The position numbers were made by a program, and so were the translations under genes. From Magallana gigas (taxonomy: Eukaryota), in the NCBI RefSeq assembly GCF_963853765.1, contig NC_088857.1:47864001-47928000 (forward strand): 64,000 nt of DNA. The letters run 5' to 3'. Each line of letters starts with the position of its first letter. Positions within the stretch are counted from its first letter, which is position 1. Positions 11,684 to 23,112 of the stretch are shown here, piece by piece. The notes under the pieces were generated by a model. That model did not search any database and had not been told where the DNA came from. It saw nothing but the letters and a program-made list of their open reading frames with translations.

Positions 11684-13039
11684 TGAACTACTTTATTTCA
11701 TATACCAAAGTTAGAGACAATCTTGATTTACAATCCAAACTATCACTTTCTCTAAATAGTTGGCAGTGGACAGAAATTTGATATACCAAATTCAAATGAA
11801 TCAACTATAGAAAGGTAATACCTGACATTGTAATCTCAAAATCCTTGACACATTAATGTATGTCTCTGTCACACAGTGAATTTAGCATAATGACATAAGT
11901 GACCTGGCAAATACAAGCACTTTCATGGGAAATTGGATACTTTTGAACTGTTCATCTTCTGAATATTACATTATTAATTTTTTTGCTGAACTACGCAATC
12001 AAATTGATATTGAACCGGGAGCAGGTCTATTTTGGGGCTAACAAAATTAATTGTTATTCCAAATTTTGTAAGTTCATGAAAATATGTTGATAAGTTCTCT
12101 TAAAGAGATGAAAATGTTGTATATAAATCATATATTAATTCAGTTGTCCTATTTAACAGCTAGGCTACACAATTTTGACATTGCATAAAGTGTTTGGGAA
12201 TATATCAAAATATTATATACATTTGAAAATATATAAATGTGCTTTACACTGCATTTTAATTAATTGACATCTTTTGTTAGAGCAATTTTCTGAAATTTGA
12301 TGATAGAAAATTTAAACTGAACTTGGAAAGATAAAATCATAACCTTTGTTCAATGTGGCATTTTATGCTTGTTAAACTGTCTATAAATACCAGATTATGA
12401 ACTGTTCTAGCTAAGTTACTGGGTATGCTTCAAAGACAAAGAATGTGTTAAATAAAAAAGTAAAAAGCATTCGTGTATAGAATTTTAATAAAATGCATGT
12501 GGTCTGAATGTTGCTGCATTTTGAGCAGCTGCCATTGCATTGTCATTAATTGGTGAGCATGACGGCTACCAAGCAAGTTATGTCATTGATAGAGTCCATG
12601 TGTCCAACACTGTCATGTGTAACAGTTGCTATAGTACACACAATGCACGCCCACAAAATGTTTGGTCCACAGTCAGGGTACGTCTTTAGGGGAAGGGGTA
12701 GAGCACTCTGTCTGTCTGTTAGATCTTGGTTTCTGTCCTTTTGTCTGAGTTATGTAACCTTGTTGGTTTGTTAGGTCCCACTAAGGTCCACTTCATCAAT
12801 AGTCAGATGTTCCTTGATAGCTGAAATAAAACCTGTAGTATGCATTAGTAGAATGGATTTAGTTTTTCAAATAAGTAGATTTATATTATAAGTGGACAGA
12901 CTAGTTATCATTTTATGAATTATTTCTGTTGAATATAGATTGTCTTGTTTTATAGGCTAGATATTGCCCCATATATTTCAAGTGGACAGACTAGTTTGGC
13001 TTTATCAATAATTATAATTGTTAATTGTCTTCTTTAGGG

Positions 13040-13133
13040 TAGATATCACTCAATTGTATGAAGTTTCTTGTTGAGGCTAGATATCACCCAATTGTATGAA
13101 GTTTCTTGTTGAGGCTAGATATCTCCTCAATTG
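13040..13133. repeat. 38-bp tandem repeat, about 2.5 copies
   Basis: TAGATATCAC(T/C)CAATTGTATGAAGTTTCTTGTTGAGGC units at 13040, 13078 and 13116. Confidence 0.8.
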
Positions 13134-13226
13134 GTTTTGGTTCTGTTTTACCATGTATTTATTGGTCCATTTGTTATCTTAGACGGGTTGTTATGCAAAT
13201 CTCAGTCTTATTTCATGTTGTTATAG

Positions 13227-13283
13227 GTAGGCTATAAGGATATAGACCGATTTGCACATGATAATGGACCAGCAAGCTTAATG
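13227..13283 (+). CDS. Candidate 57-nt in-frame cassette exon of PDK (VGYKDIDRFAHDNGPASLM)
   Basis: Pyrimidine-rich ttatag acceptor and ATG|GTAAAT donor. Phase 0-0, no stop codon, fits between exons 10 and 11. Confidence 0.4.
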
Positions 13284-13927
13284 GTAAATGCAATCATTTC
13301 AAATTGAAGCTTTTTTCACTTCAAATGTAGCAGTCATATAAGCCTGGATCTGCTTTTATCACAAATCTTCCCTCTTATTCTAAACACTTGGACTTTAGAA
13401 ATGAACATCCCTCAGTGCTGTTTGATTAAAAGATATATTTTACAATTACATACATTCATAGCTGAATTTAAACAAGTTTCAAAAAGCTGAAGAGAAATTA
13501 AACGTATTAAAGTCAGTGGTACATTTGCTATAATTTAAAGGTGCTATCACCCTTTTACCCCATAACTTTCAATAAGGGGTTATGTATAGTCATTTAAAAT
13601 TATTTTTAAAAAATAAAATGAAATGAAATTGACAGGTATAGAAAGCCATGAAAAAATACACATAGTTACTTGAAAAGAAATGACTTTTGTTTGTTGCTGA
13701 GGGGTGTCGCATTTTTGAGTTTCTGTATTTTGATATCTACATTGACATCGCTATTTATTTGGTTTGATTTTAACTGACAAGCAGACTAGTGTAGTGTGAA
13801 TGTTTGTGTGCTGTTTATAACTTGTACACTCTAAATTGCTTACAACTGAAGAAAATTTTCATACTTCCATAATTTAATTCTAGTTGTAATACCTCATTTG
13901 CATTTTGGCTTAAAAAATATATATAGG

Positions 13928-14456
13928 ATCTCTCATGATTTGCGATGGTATATGATTTTTATCCAACGAGTTGTGTGTTTTCTATCCCCGAGCCTTGGCG
14001 AGGGGATAGAAAACACACAACGAGTTGGATAAAAATCATAAACCATCGCAAATCATGAGAGATTCTTTTTATCACATGTTTTACCAAGTATTTTGTTAAT
14101 CCCAACTTTTTCTGTAAAAATTGTGATTGTGAGCCGCACAACACATTATTTACAACACGTCAACAATGTTACGCGTGGAAAAAAAGTTCCTTGAAGTTTA
14201 ACCAACAGACATTCATTTTCGAACATTTTTTTATGAATTCATGACAAATAACTGAAACAACATTAAATGTTTCAAATTTATATCTCAACACCCTCAACTG
14301 AATTAATTATTTACTTTTTCATTCTACGTCAACCAACCGTCTAAACCTACATAATGATTAACTATGACGTCACGTGGCGTAAGAACACACAGTGGAATAT
14401 CAAAAATTTATCCCATGAGTGATATCCACCGTATATTGGGATAAACATGTGATAAA
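13928..14456. mobile_element. Non-autonomous element with a 62-bp-arm hairpin (13928-13989 / 14002-14063) and a second 14-bp inverted repeat pair (14068-14081 / 14443-14456); family not determined
   Basis: Near-perfect inverted arms read directly. TTTATCACATGTTT / AAACATGTGATAAA pair. Confidence 0.7.
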
Positions 14457-14578
14457 TCAATATACCTGATTTTACATTAAAATTTATATGTATACATCTA
14501 GAAAAACATTTTGCTATGCTTGTCATGATATAATCTTTTTCTCAAAATAAAAGCATTTGTTTAGTTTTGATTTATTAA

Positions 14579-14896
14579 TGTGGTATGGGAAATCTGTCAA
14601 TATTGATGTGGATTGAAGTACATTATAATTAGAATATTTTCACTGGTTTAGATTTTTCAAATTTTACAATTTTTAGTAAAAAATAGCTTTTAAAATATTT
14701 GGAGAGTTAAAAATTGTAAAACCCCGAGTGGGATTTGAACTCGTGGCTTACAGATTTGAAGTAAGCCCTCTAATCCACTGTACTATGCTGTTAGGTGAAC
14801 AATATTTGGAAAGAAACTACTTATATTAGTAACCCTTCATTTTATTGTTTATCTCAATAAACAATAAGTCACAACATGGAGGTGTCCCATACCACC
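14579..14896. mobile_element. Kolobok-like MITE with TTAA TSD and a tRNA-like internal segment
   Basis: TTAA at 14575-14578 and 14897-14900. Ends (T/G)GTGGTATGGGA ... TCCCATACCACC. Internal GGATTTGAACTC. Confidence 0.65.
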
Positions 14897-15584
14897 TTAA
14901 TCAATTCATGAATAACTGTTGTGTATGGTACTGTATGCTTTGTATTTGAATGTATTGCATATTTTGTGACACCTATATTTGAACTGAAAGCAATAAGCTG
15001 ATGTTTCTTCATGTTAAATGCACTTGAAATATTAAGCAAAAAAGAGTCATCATTAGAAAAGGTAAAGATTTCAAGAATGCTGACAATCCAATTATTAAGG
15101 AGGAAATTTTAATCTTCAGCTTTTAAAAGCATAAAACAAGCAGGAAATAGAAAACTGTACACAAGTTATCCACCAAGGCCTATGCTTGTACAGAATGGTT
15201 CTGTAATGTGCATTTCCTGGTGATTTTCCCCATATCATAGAGGAAAACTTCCCTATCTGTTATTCACACCTTGACACGGTCTTATTTACCCTGCACCTTT
15301 TGACATCTGTCAGAAGTGAGGCCAAACTGGGGGAATGGGTCCATTGTTTGTGTATAGATGGCAATGCACATTTAGATAGTGCTTTATGGTGGCTTTATAT
15401 ATATGGAAGAGGATACACTGTACTCATTGCTATAAATCAGACATTTCTCATTATCAAAAGTTGATTAAGTTTGATAAGATACCATATTCTTTTCATACGT
15501 TCACCGGTATAAAAGTCAGATACTATAGTAACTACAGTGTTATTAGTCAACTGTTTGGCACTGACATTCTCTGCTTTGTTGTAG

Positions 15585-15698
15585 GCTGGGTATGGGTATG
15601 GACTTCCTTTGTCCCGTCTATATGCCCGGTACTTCCAGGGGGATCTAGTGGTCAGCTCAATGGAAGGCTACGGGACAGATGTCTACCTGTACCTCAAG
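15585..15698 (+). CDS. PDK: PDK exon 11 ([38 protein letters not shown])
   Basis: G2 box [17 protein letters not shown]. ttgtag acceptor, AAG|GTGAGT donor. Confidence 0.98.
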
Positions 15699-15924
15699 GT
15701 GAGTCTACTAAAAATCAACCATAGCTTTATGTACTTATTGGAAATTTTTAAAACTGCGATTTATATTTTTAAAAAATTTTTTAAATCTTTAATTTAGGAT
15801 TGCACAAGATGTGTTTCAATGATGAATGAATTTTTTAAATAGCATTTATTTCAGAGTCACTTGAAGAACAGACACATTTGTATATATATCATATAATTAC
15901 TTTTACATATTTTCATTTATACAG

Positions 15925-16116
15925 GTTAATTCATCAGAGGCTAATGAATGTTTACCTATTTACAACACAACTACCTCAAGAATGTATGAGGCAGAAAAAG
16001 TTGTTTCCGATTGGTCAAGCAGCACCACTTGGAACCAATCAATTCGCACGTACTGTACAGCAGTGAAATCAAAGCAACCAATGATAACAGACAAGAATAA
16101 TATATCAATCCAATGA
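15925..16116 (+). CDS. PDK: PDK exon 12, terminal (VNSSEANECLPIYNTTTSRMYEAEKVVSDWSSS...SIQ*). Full protein 419 aa via exon 1b, or 413 aa via exon 1a
   Basis: E.LPIYN and the conserved C-terminal DW motif. TGA at 16114-16116. Exon lengths sum in frame (1260 nt via exon 1b). Confidence 0.92.
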   Translation, partial: VNSSEANECLPIYNTTTSRMYEAEKVVSDWSSSTTWNQSIRTYCTAVKSKQPMITDKNNISIQ

Positions 16117-18704
16117 TATGTTTGATATATTATAATATGTGATGATGTTTAACCTCAATGAAGACAACTCTTGAGTATGTTGTACAGTTTGCCAAATTCA
16201 GAATTTATCACTAGTACATGTAAATGTGTTTGTTCAATAGTATGACCATGACCTTGCTCTTGGAGCAGTATCTGTATTAAATTAATCTGAGATTTAAAAT
16301 GATACTGTACATTAAAACATAAAACATATCTAGTCATCCTATCCTATCTGTCACAAAAAGCCCAATAAAACGTTGTAATGAAGTGTTGACAATTCCATTA
16401 GAGAAGCAAACTACACTATAGATTGGTATATGTTTTGCAGATAGATACTTGTATATATACATATAGAATGATTGTTAAGCTGCCAATGACTATTTGGACA
16501 AATAGTACATATAACTGGTACTATAACAAATGATACTATGTACCTCAGGTATAACTGATGGCTCAGTAACAGGTGCCATACATGTTTCTCTGGGTGCATA
16601 CATTGGATGCTTATATCTACTACACAAAATGTGTTGTGTAATGGTGTCCTTTATATTTTGTTTGTGTAATTAATTTCATGCCATATCCCTTTCATTTTGT
16701 CTATATTTTGAGTTCTGTTATTTATTGATGTTAACAAGGAGAGGTCAGCTTTGTTGATAAATTATATTGTTTTTATGATGTTTATTAGATAGATACATGT
16801 ACATGTTCTTGCAAGTTGAAGTCAATCGTGGTAATATATCATTTAAGCTGTTTTTATTATGTCAAGGCAAATCCAGTTTACATTCAATGTGCAAACTTTG
16901 TCAAGAAGGAAATATTTTTATCATGTTTGCGAGAGCCTAATCTTTACTCATGGTATGAGTGAAGTTTCGGACTCTTGCAGTGTATGCTTTATGACTGACA
17001 ATGGTACATACAGAATTGTTGAAAATTAAAGCATTTTGTGTAATTGGCTAGTTAAATGACGCCATTTTCTTGTCCTGCTAGATTTACTTGAAAGGTATTT
17101 TAATTAGATGTTTTATAAAGAAGGCAGTTCTTGTCATGCTAAATAAACAAAGATAGCATGTTATTAAAAAAGGTATTTATGTATAAAACTTTTATTGAAA
17201 TTGTTATTGTGTTTCAAATGGTGCATTGCTTGAAGAAAGTAGTTGTTACCCGATCTCATATATCCTATATTGTAAATGTATTGATGCAGACACATCATGA
17301 GTACATGGCAGTGCAATTCTTCATGTAATAATATTGTAGACACTTTTTCAAAAGAAACATGCTGCTAAATCAGTTATTGTCACAAGTCCTTCAGATAACA
17401 ATAATGTGGAGTATCAAAGGAGCAGACAGTAATTACTAAATTCCTCCTAAAATAGAAGATGATTTATGCTAAAAAAAATTTCTTGTTGCCAGTTTATTTC
17501 ACAATTTCTCCTTCAATTATTGCATTTGTATTTATTTAAGAACAATTCTTCAAAGCATCAAACTAAAAAATCATAACCTATAGTTTTTATTTTTTAATAA
17601 ATGCAGCTATTCATTATGGTTGGAAAAGAAGTTGACTGTCATTTTATATCTAGAAGTTAATGTGTCAATTGGTCTTCGATCAAGTTATTAATGAAATCGT
17701 GTGACTAGTGCGTCCAACTGATGGTGATTTTGCAATCATTTCATTTTAAACCTGAAAGGTATAGAAATAATTTAGTACACATTGTTTGTGTATCTGCTTT
17801 ATCTGATTTTGTTGTTTTTAATTTGATTGTTGATTCTACAGAAATAAATGATATATTAGATTTTTTTACGTTTGTGTTTCCTAGTAATAAATATAGAAAT
17901 CATTAGGTAACATAATCATTTCATTGCACAGTCGCCAGCTGAACAATTTAGGAACTTGTTCAAATTTGTCATCAAATAATTTGCGTTCATACTTCCCTCT
18001 TTGATATTGTTAGAAATGAAATGCATGCCGTTTAAAGAGCTGTTTTCAGTCAAACTGAGATAAGTAGAATGATGAAATAAGGTAATTTTTTATTTAAACC
18101 ACTTAACTATAAGGAAATTGAATTTTATTTATACTTTATCAATAACAGACTGACCCAACATAGGGTATATGCTAAAGAAAATCATTTTTGATCCCTGTCC
18201 CCATAGTTGTAGTACAGTCATCTTACTCATAAAGACTTGATCGTGTGTAATGAAGTGAAAAAACAACGTAACTTATTGTAATCACCGATTTTAAGAGATG
18301 AATACGTTCATCAAATACCCGAGTTTGCTTTATCATATCTTGATAACTGACCGCCTGCAATTGAGCTGTAAAAATAATTTACCATTTCTTCCTGCTTCAT
18401 TGATTAAAACAACATTTCCATAACTTGAGTTATTTACAAGTGTAGCTTCATCTCTTCCGTGATACACGTGTTTGTTTAGTTGTTTTTTTTGTCTGTACAT
18501 GATAACTGTACCCGAGGTGTTAAGCCATGCAATAGGGTAAGTATTCACTGATGAATGCATTTATTAATTTGAACCTTGCTTGATCATAAACCGAGTTTGG
18601 GCTTCTCTTTGTTGGTTAACAAAGGAAATCATTTCCTTTTTTCATCACAGTGATTCATTAGGATTTTTATAATACACTCTATTTCTTGTTTAATAGATGT
18701 CTGA

Positions 18705-21206
18705 ATGCCAGTTTTAAGTATGGATTATTTACTTCCAACATTGATCGTGCTGTATTGGACAATATCAATTGCTCATGGACATAAACAAAAAAGTTGTTCT
18801 TCCGATAAAAGATGCAAATGCATTCAACTTGCTGATCAAACCTGGAAAGCTATTTGCTCGGGTTTAGCCCTATATCAATTCCCAACATTCCAAGAAGATG
18901 TTTCGGAGATAAACCTCAACAATAATTCCATTCGTCATTGGAATGCGACTCGCCAATTTCCATTCTACCTCCGAGAGCTTTCGATGCAGAAAAACACCTT
19001 ATTCTTCTATGGTATTTCAGATCTTTCTTTCATTAAAGATCTTGTCAATCTTAGAGTTTTGGACGTTTCCGATAATGTGGATTATGAACGGGACATGGGA
19101 TACCCTGCAAAAGACTTTCGGCTTCTAAAAGATCTGACAGCACTGTACATTGATGGACTAAGGCTTGGAAATTTCAATGCCAACGAATGGAATTTAACTA
19201 GTTTAACCAATCTTACCATTGTTGACCATTGCTTCTTTGTTAGACTCGACGAAGGTTTTTTCAGCGGGTTGCAAAATCTAGAATATTTGGTGATTAATGG
19301 TTGTCCCTTGTTAAAGACAATCGACGAGGGCGTGTTTAGTTGGCTCCCCTTTTTGCATACCTTGGACTTATCCTTCAATGAACACCTGAAGTTCGCTCCC
19401 TTTAAAAACGTGTCTCTCGATTTGCAATCTACCAAAATTCAAATTCTGAAGGCCAAGAAAGTGCATTGTACTTTTGGTATAGGAAATCTCTTGCGAAGAG
19501 ATCATATTATAAACTTTCAGAACACCTCTATCACTGAATTGGACTTGTCAAGCAATCGTATAGAGATGATGGAGAAGGATGTTCCCAAATATCTACCTTC
19601 TAATCTTACAATACTAAACGTGTCGGACAATCAGTTTACCTGGGGACTGTACATGTTATCTTACACGTTTCTGAGAAATCTTCGAATCGCAGATGTCAGT
19701 TTACAGTATTCTTACAGTTTTAAAAATATAAATGAGATGGGCTGTGAAAATTCTTTAGACTGTGGCGACACGACGTCCGAATCGTTATTATTTTCTGAAG
19801 ATGCCTCAAACCACCACCAAGCATCCTTATCCAGAAAAATTAATATTTCTGTGTATGTACCCTGCAAACTCGAAAAGATATTTTTTCATTCAAGCAAGTT
19901 TTATTTCAACATAGGAGAAGTTCATGTCAGGCATAATCATATCAAGGAATATCATGTGAAGAACAATTTTTTCTACAGTTTAATTGGGCCTATGTATGGA
20001 ATGGAATATGCAGAGTATGTAGATTTCTCTAGAAATTTCGTGAAAAACATCTCTAAATCTTTCTTTGACACTTTTCCAAATCTTACGTATTTAGATTTGA
20101 GTAAAAATTTATTAGGAAACTGTTTAAACGAGAACGTTCAATATGACCACTTTAAGTCCCTACAAAAACTCGTAGAAATAAGACTTTCATCGAACGAAAT
20201 ATCAACGATTCCGAGCAAACTACTTTCAAATGCTGTCTCTTTGGAGATATTGGACTTAAGCTACAACCTGATATCAAATTTTACTTTCACATTAAGCGTC
20301 AAGAGTCCACTAAAAATTCTCGATCTATCGAACAACCGACTGCGGGAAATTTCTCGGGAAAATATCAACAGTCTGGAGGACAAACACAGGCGCTTCAACC
20401 TAACATTGGATCTCTCGGGCAATCTGCTAGACTGTACCTGTGACACAATTCCTTTCATACATTGGATCAGAGATTCGGAAATAAATTTCCCAAATAAAAA
20501 CTCTTATCAGTGCAAAATGTCTCACAACAGAAAGCGTACTTTCAGTGAACTAACCAGTATATTGAATGAACTTGGAAATGAATGCTCCTCCAATGCAGCG
20601 TCGATGACAATCGGGATAACGATGACCGTGATGGCAGTTATAATCGTCGGTATAACCACCCTACTTTATAGATTTCGATGGACTATTCGATATTTTTTCT
20701 ATCTTACCAAATGGGAATTTCAAGAAATTATCAGCCCAAAGGAACAGAAAAGACAGAAAGATTTCGAATACTCTGCTTTTGTGACGTACTCGGAGAACGA
20801 TTCGAACTTCGCAGAAATTGAGATGGTGCATCACTTAGAGGAAGAAGGGACACTCAAAATCTGCTTACCAAATCGAGACTTTAGCCCAAATGTTCGTACT
20901 TATGGCAGCATAACCCGTGCTATTCACAATAGCAAGAAAATAATCTGTATCGTTACAGAGGCGTTTCTTGAAGACAGATGGTGTATGTACCAGTTACAGA
21001 TGGCCGAAGAGGACAGGGTACATCGGGAAGACAGCGACTGCATCGTTTTCATTTTCTTTTCACCTCCATCGGAAGAAGATATGAGAGGAGTTGACAGATC
21101 TCTCTTTCTTGTATCACTCATTGAGCAGAGATCGTACGCGCTATTTCCAAAACTTGAAGCGGAGCGCGCTCTATTCTGGCAAAAGTTGGTTGATGTTCTT
21201 AAATGA
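18705..21206 (+). CDS. Toll-like receptor A (833 aa; signal peptide, LRRNT, LRRs, single LRRCT, TM, TIR); divergent member of the cluster
   Basis: Intact ORF with LxxLxLxxN repeats, NLLDCTCDTIPFIHW LRRCT, TM segment around IGITMTVMAVIIVGITTLLY, TIR with FEYSAFVTYS and terminal FW. Acceptor taatag at 18696 and an upstream donor after 18536 suggest a 5' UTR intron. Confidence 0.95.
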   Translation: MPVLSMDYLLPTLIVLYWTISIAHGHKQKSCSSDKRCKCIQLADQTWKAICSGLALYQFPTFQEDVSEINLNNNSIRHWNATRQFPFYLRELSMQKNTLFFYGISDLSFIKDLVNLRVLDVSDNVDYERDMGYPAKDFRLLKDLTALYIDGLRLGNFNANEWNLTSLTNLTIVDHCFFVRLDEGFFSGLQNLEYLVINGCPLLKTIDEGVFSWLPFLHTLDLSFNEHLKFAPFKNVSLDLQSTKIQILKAKKVHCTFGIGNLLRRDHIINFQNTSITELDLSSNRIEMMEKDVPKYLPSNLTILNVSDNQFTWGLYMLSYTFLRNLRIADVSLQYSYSFKNINEMGCENSLDCGDTTSESLLFSEDASNHHQASLSRKINISVYVPCKLEKIFFHSSKFYFNIGEVHVRHNHIKEYHVKNNFFYSLIGPMYGMEYAEYVDFSRNFVKNISKSFFDTFPNLTYLDLSKNLLGNCLNENVQYDHFKSLQKLVEIRLSSNEISTIPSKLLSNAVSLEILDLSYNLISNFTFTLSVKSPLKILDLSNNRLREISRENINSLEDKHRRFNLTLDLSGNLLDCTCDTIPFIHWIRDSEINFPNKNSYQCKMSHNRKRTFSELTSILNELGNECSSNAASMTIGITMTVMAVIIVGITTLLYRFRWTIRYFFYLTKWEFQEIISPKEQKRQKDFEYSAFVTYSENDSNFAEIEMVHHLEEEGTLKICLPNRDFSPNVRTYGSITRAIHNSKKIICIVTEAFLEDRWCMYQLQMAEEDRVHREDSDCIVFIFFSPPSEEDMRGVDRSLFLVSLIEQRSYALFPKLEAERALFWQKLVDVLK

Positions 21207-21210
21207 CAGT

Positions 21211-21365
21211 TTTTCTTTTCACCTCCATCGGAGGAAGATATGAGAGGAGTTGACAGATCTCTCTTTCTTGTATCACTCATTGAGCAGAGATCGTACGCGC
21301 TAATTCCAAAACTTGAAGCGGAGCGCGCCCTATTCTGGCAAAAGTTGGTTGATGTTCTTAAATGA
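21211..21365 (+). repeat. 159-bp-period tandem duplication of the TLR-A 3' coding end (copy of 21052-21206)
   Basis: Second copy differs at 3 visible positions (GAA>GAG, TTT>ATT, GCT>GCC) and ends in its own TGA at 21363-21365. Confidence 0.95.
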
Positions 21366-22208
21366 CTGTAACATATCCCTGAAGTGTAAACTATTGCAAC
21401 TTATTGTTTTCCCTTTACTTACGCTGCAATGGTTAAAAGACGTACGAAGCACAGACTTATTGATAACAAACCCTTACACACCTTCCTAATGACCATAAAA
21501 ATGAAATATATTATGATGTATATGGCTAATGAAATTTAATGTTTTGATAGAATGTACATGTATGCATAGTGCATTTATTTGTTGAAGATACTATCGATTT
21601 GTTTTCTTTACCAGCGGCAAATTGAATCTTTCAGAAGAATCAGCTTTATTAGTTAATATATAGTTTAGTAGTGTATGAGACAAATCATACCATATATAAA
21701 ATATGGTGTTTTCTTTTAAAAATCATTACCTCATATACATGTATTGACTTTAATGAGACAGTTCAACTTGAAATTATATCTATGCTGAAATAATATACTC
21801 AGATTACAAAATACTGTTATCTGTCGGGTATATTTGGAGGCGTGTAATGATTAATGCATCTGTGACCTACAACATTATCCGCCACTTGTATATACCTAAT
21901 TGGTTTAGGTGATTTTTGATCACAACTACATTGTCTACATTTACATTTAATTTGATTAAAAAAGAAAAGAAAAATACAATTACAACCAGTGAGGTATTAG
22001 ATTGGCACATATATCCAAACATAACGCGTATGTACGTTGCATTAAAATGATGGTGTCAATTAAAACCAAGTTGACAGTATCATATTTTGATTGAAGGAAT
22101 AAATTTATTTTAATTGGAGAGTGATACCTCTATTCGTCCTTGTTCCGCATAAAATATGATAATCATTTTTTTAAATTCATGTTTGAAGAGGAAACCTAAG
22201 CCATCTTC

Positions 22209-22217
22209 TTCCGGGAA
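22209..22217 (+). promoter_or_regulatory. Perfect GAS/STAT motif TTCCGGGAA upstream of the putative non-coding exon of TLR-B (donor AAG|GTAAGA after 22342)
   Basis: Exact TTCCNGGAA match about 125 bp upstream of a strong donor. Motif only. Confidence 0.35.
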
Positions 22218-22476
22218 GAAAGATACAAAACACAATCAAGGCAGAAACTGATGTACATAACCACGAAATGACAGTGACTATTGAAATTAATATAAGAAAC
22301 AGCAGAGCAAAAGAAACGTTGGACTTTTGATCATATTTAAAGGTAAGACACAGAGAAATTGAAAAAGAGACCAGAGAGATCGTTGACTATATATACATTG
22401 TATTGATATAATTTTATTTTGCAAGATTCTAAAAGTTCACCTTTCACGCCAGCTTCACACGGAAATTGATTTAATT

Positions 22477-22729
22477 TAGAACCATTATTACAAGGCCTTG
22501 GACTTTCCGTAGGACGTAGCTATCATTTCTTGCATCAAAACATGTTAAAAATGATGCTGGATTCAAGTGAAATATGCACCGATTGCGTAGTCTTAGCTCA
22601 GAAGCCAGACAAATCGTGTTGATTTCAATGAGCTTTCACTGAGTGGGCAGCAATGAAATAGACAGGCATACGTCACATTGCTGTTTGGCACAACTACCCA
22701 AAGTCCAAGCTCCTGTTATAATGGTTCTA
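22477..22729. mobile_element. MITE with about 30-bp TIRs (TAG...CTA ends; Academ-like, tentative)
   Basis: TAGAACCATTATTACAAGGCCTTGGACTTT versus reverse complement TAGAACCATTATAACAGGAGCTTGGACTTT. Confidence 0.65.
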
Positions 22730-23112
22730 ATGGAACTGGTATATAAACTCAAATTTCCAACAAATTAAGAGTTCCACCAATCTTGTTCAATTTGACATTT
22801 CTGATGTTAATGATCCCTTTGAAATTTTAATACCAACTCATAATCCAATTCTCAAGGCTTTTTGTCCATATAAGAAGCCTTCCTTTCCATACCAAGATTT
22901 TAAAAAATTGTCGGAGTATTTGCTATTTCATGATGATAACAATGTCCTAACAAAGGTGTGTTTTGTCAAATCTTGTAAATGCTAGTAGATCAACGGCTTA
23001 TGAATAAAAGGATTTCCTTTCATTGCATATAAGTTTCAAATTATCTTACGTAATGTATTTTCAGATCAACATCAAGAATCCATCATAATAAACATACAAC
23101 GACGTCAGTGAA

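Noticed and set aside
12529-12552. 24-nt AG...GTGAGC segment in PDK intron 10 as a possible poison exon
   Set aside because: Weak acceptor and an in-frame TAA. Nothing beyond a chance splice-site match.
14725-14790. tRNA-like sequence (also at about 32965 and 4550)
   Set aside because: Only a B-box/T-arm-like fragment inside MITE or SINE sequence. No full cloverleaf, so not called a tRNA.
18943-21280. Alternative-frame and antisense ORFs inside the TLR genes (also 24206-25321, 38871-40062, 46641-48373, 55954-57377)
   Set aside because: Shadows of the main ORFs. Their recurrence between paralogs reflects TLR DNA similarity.
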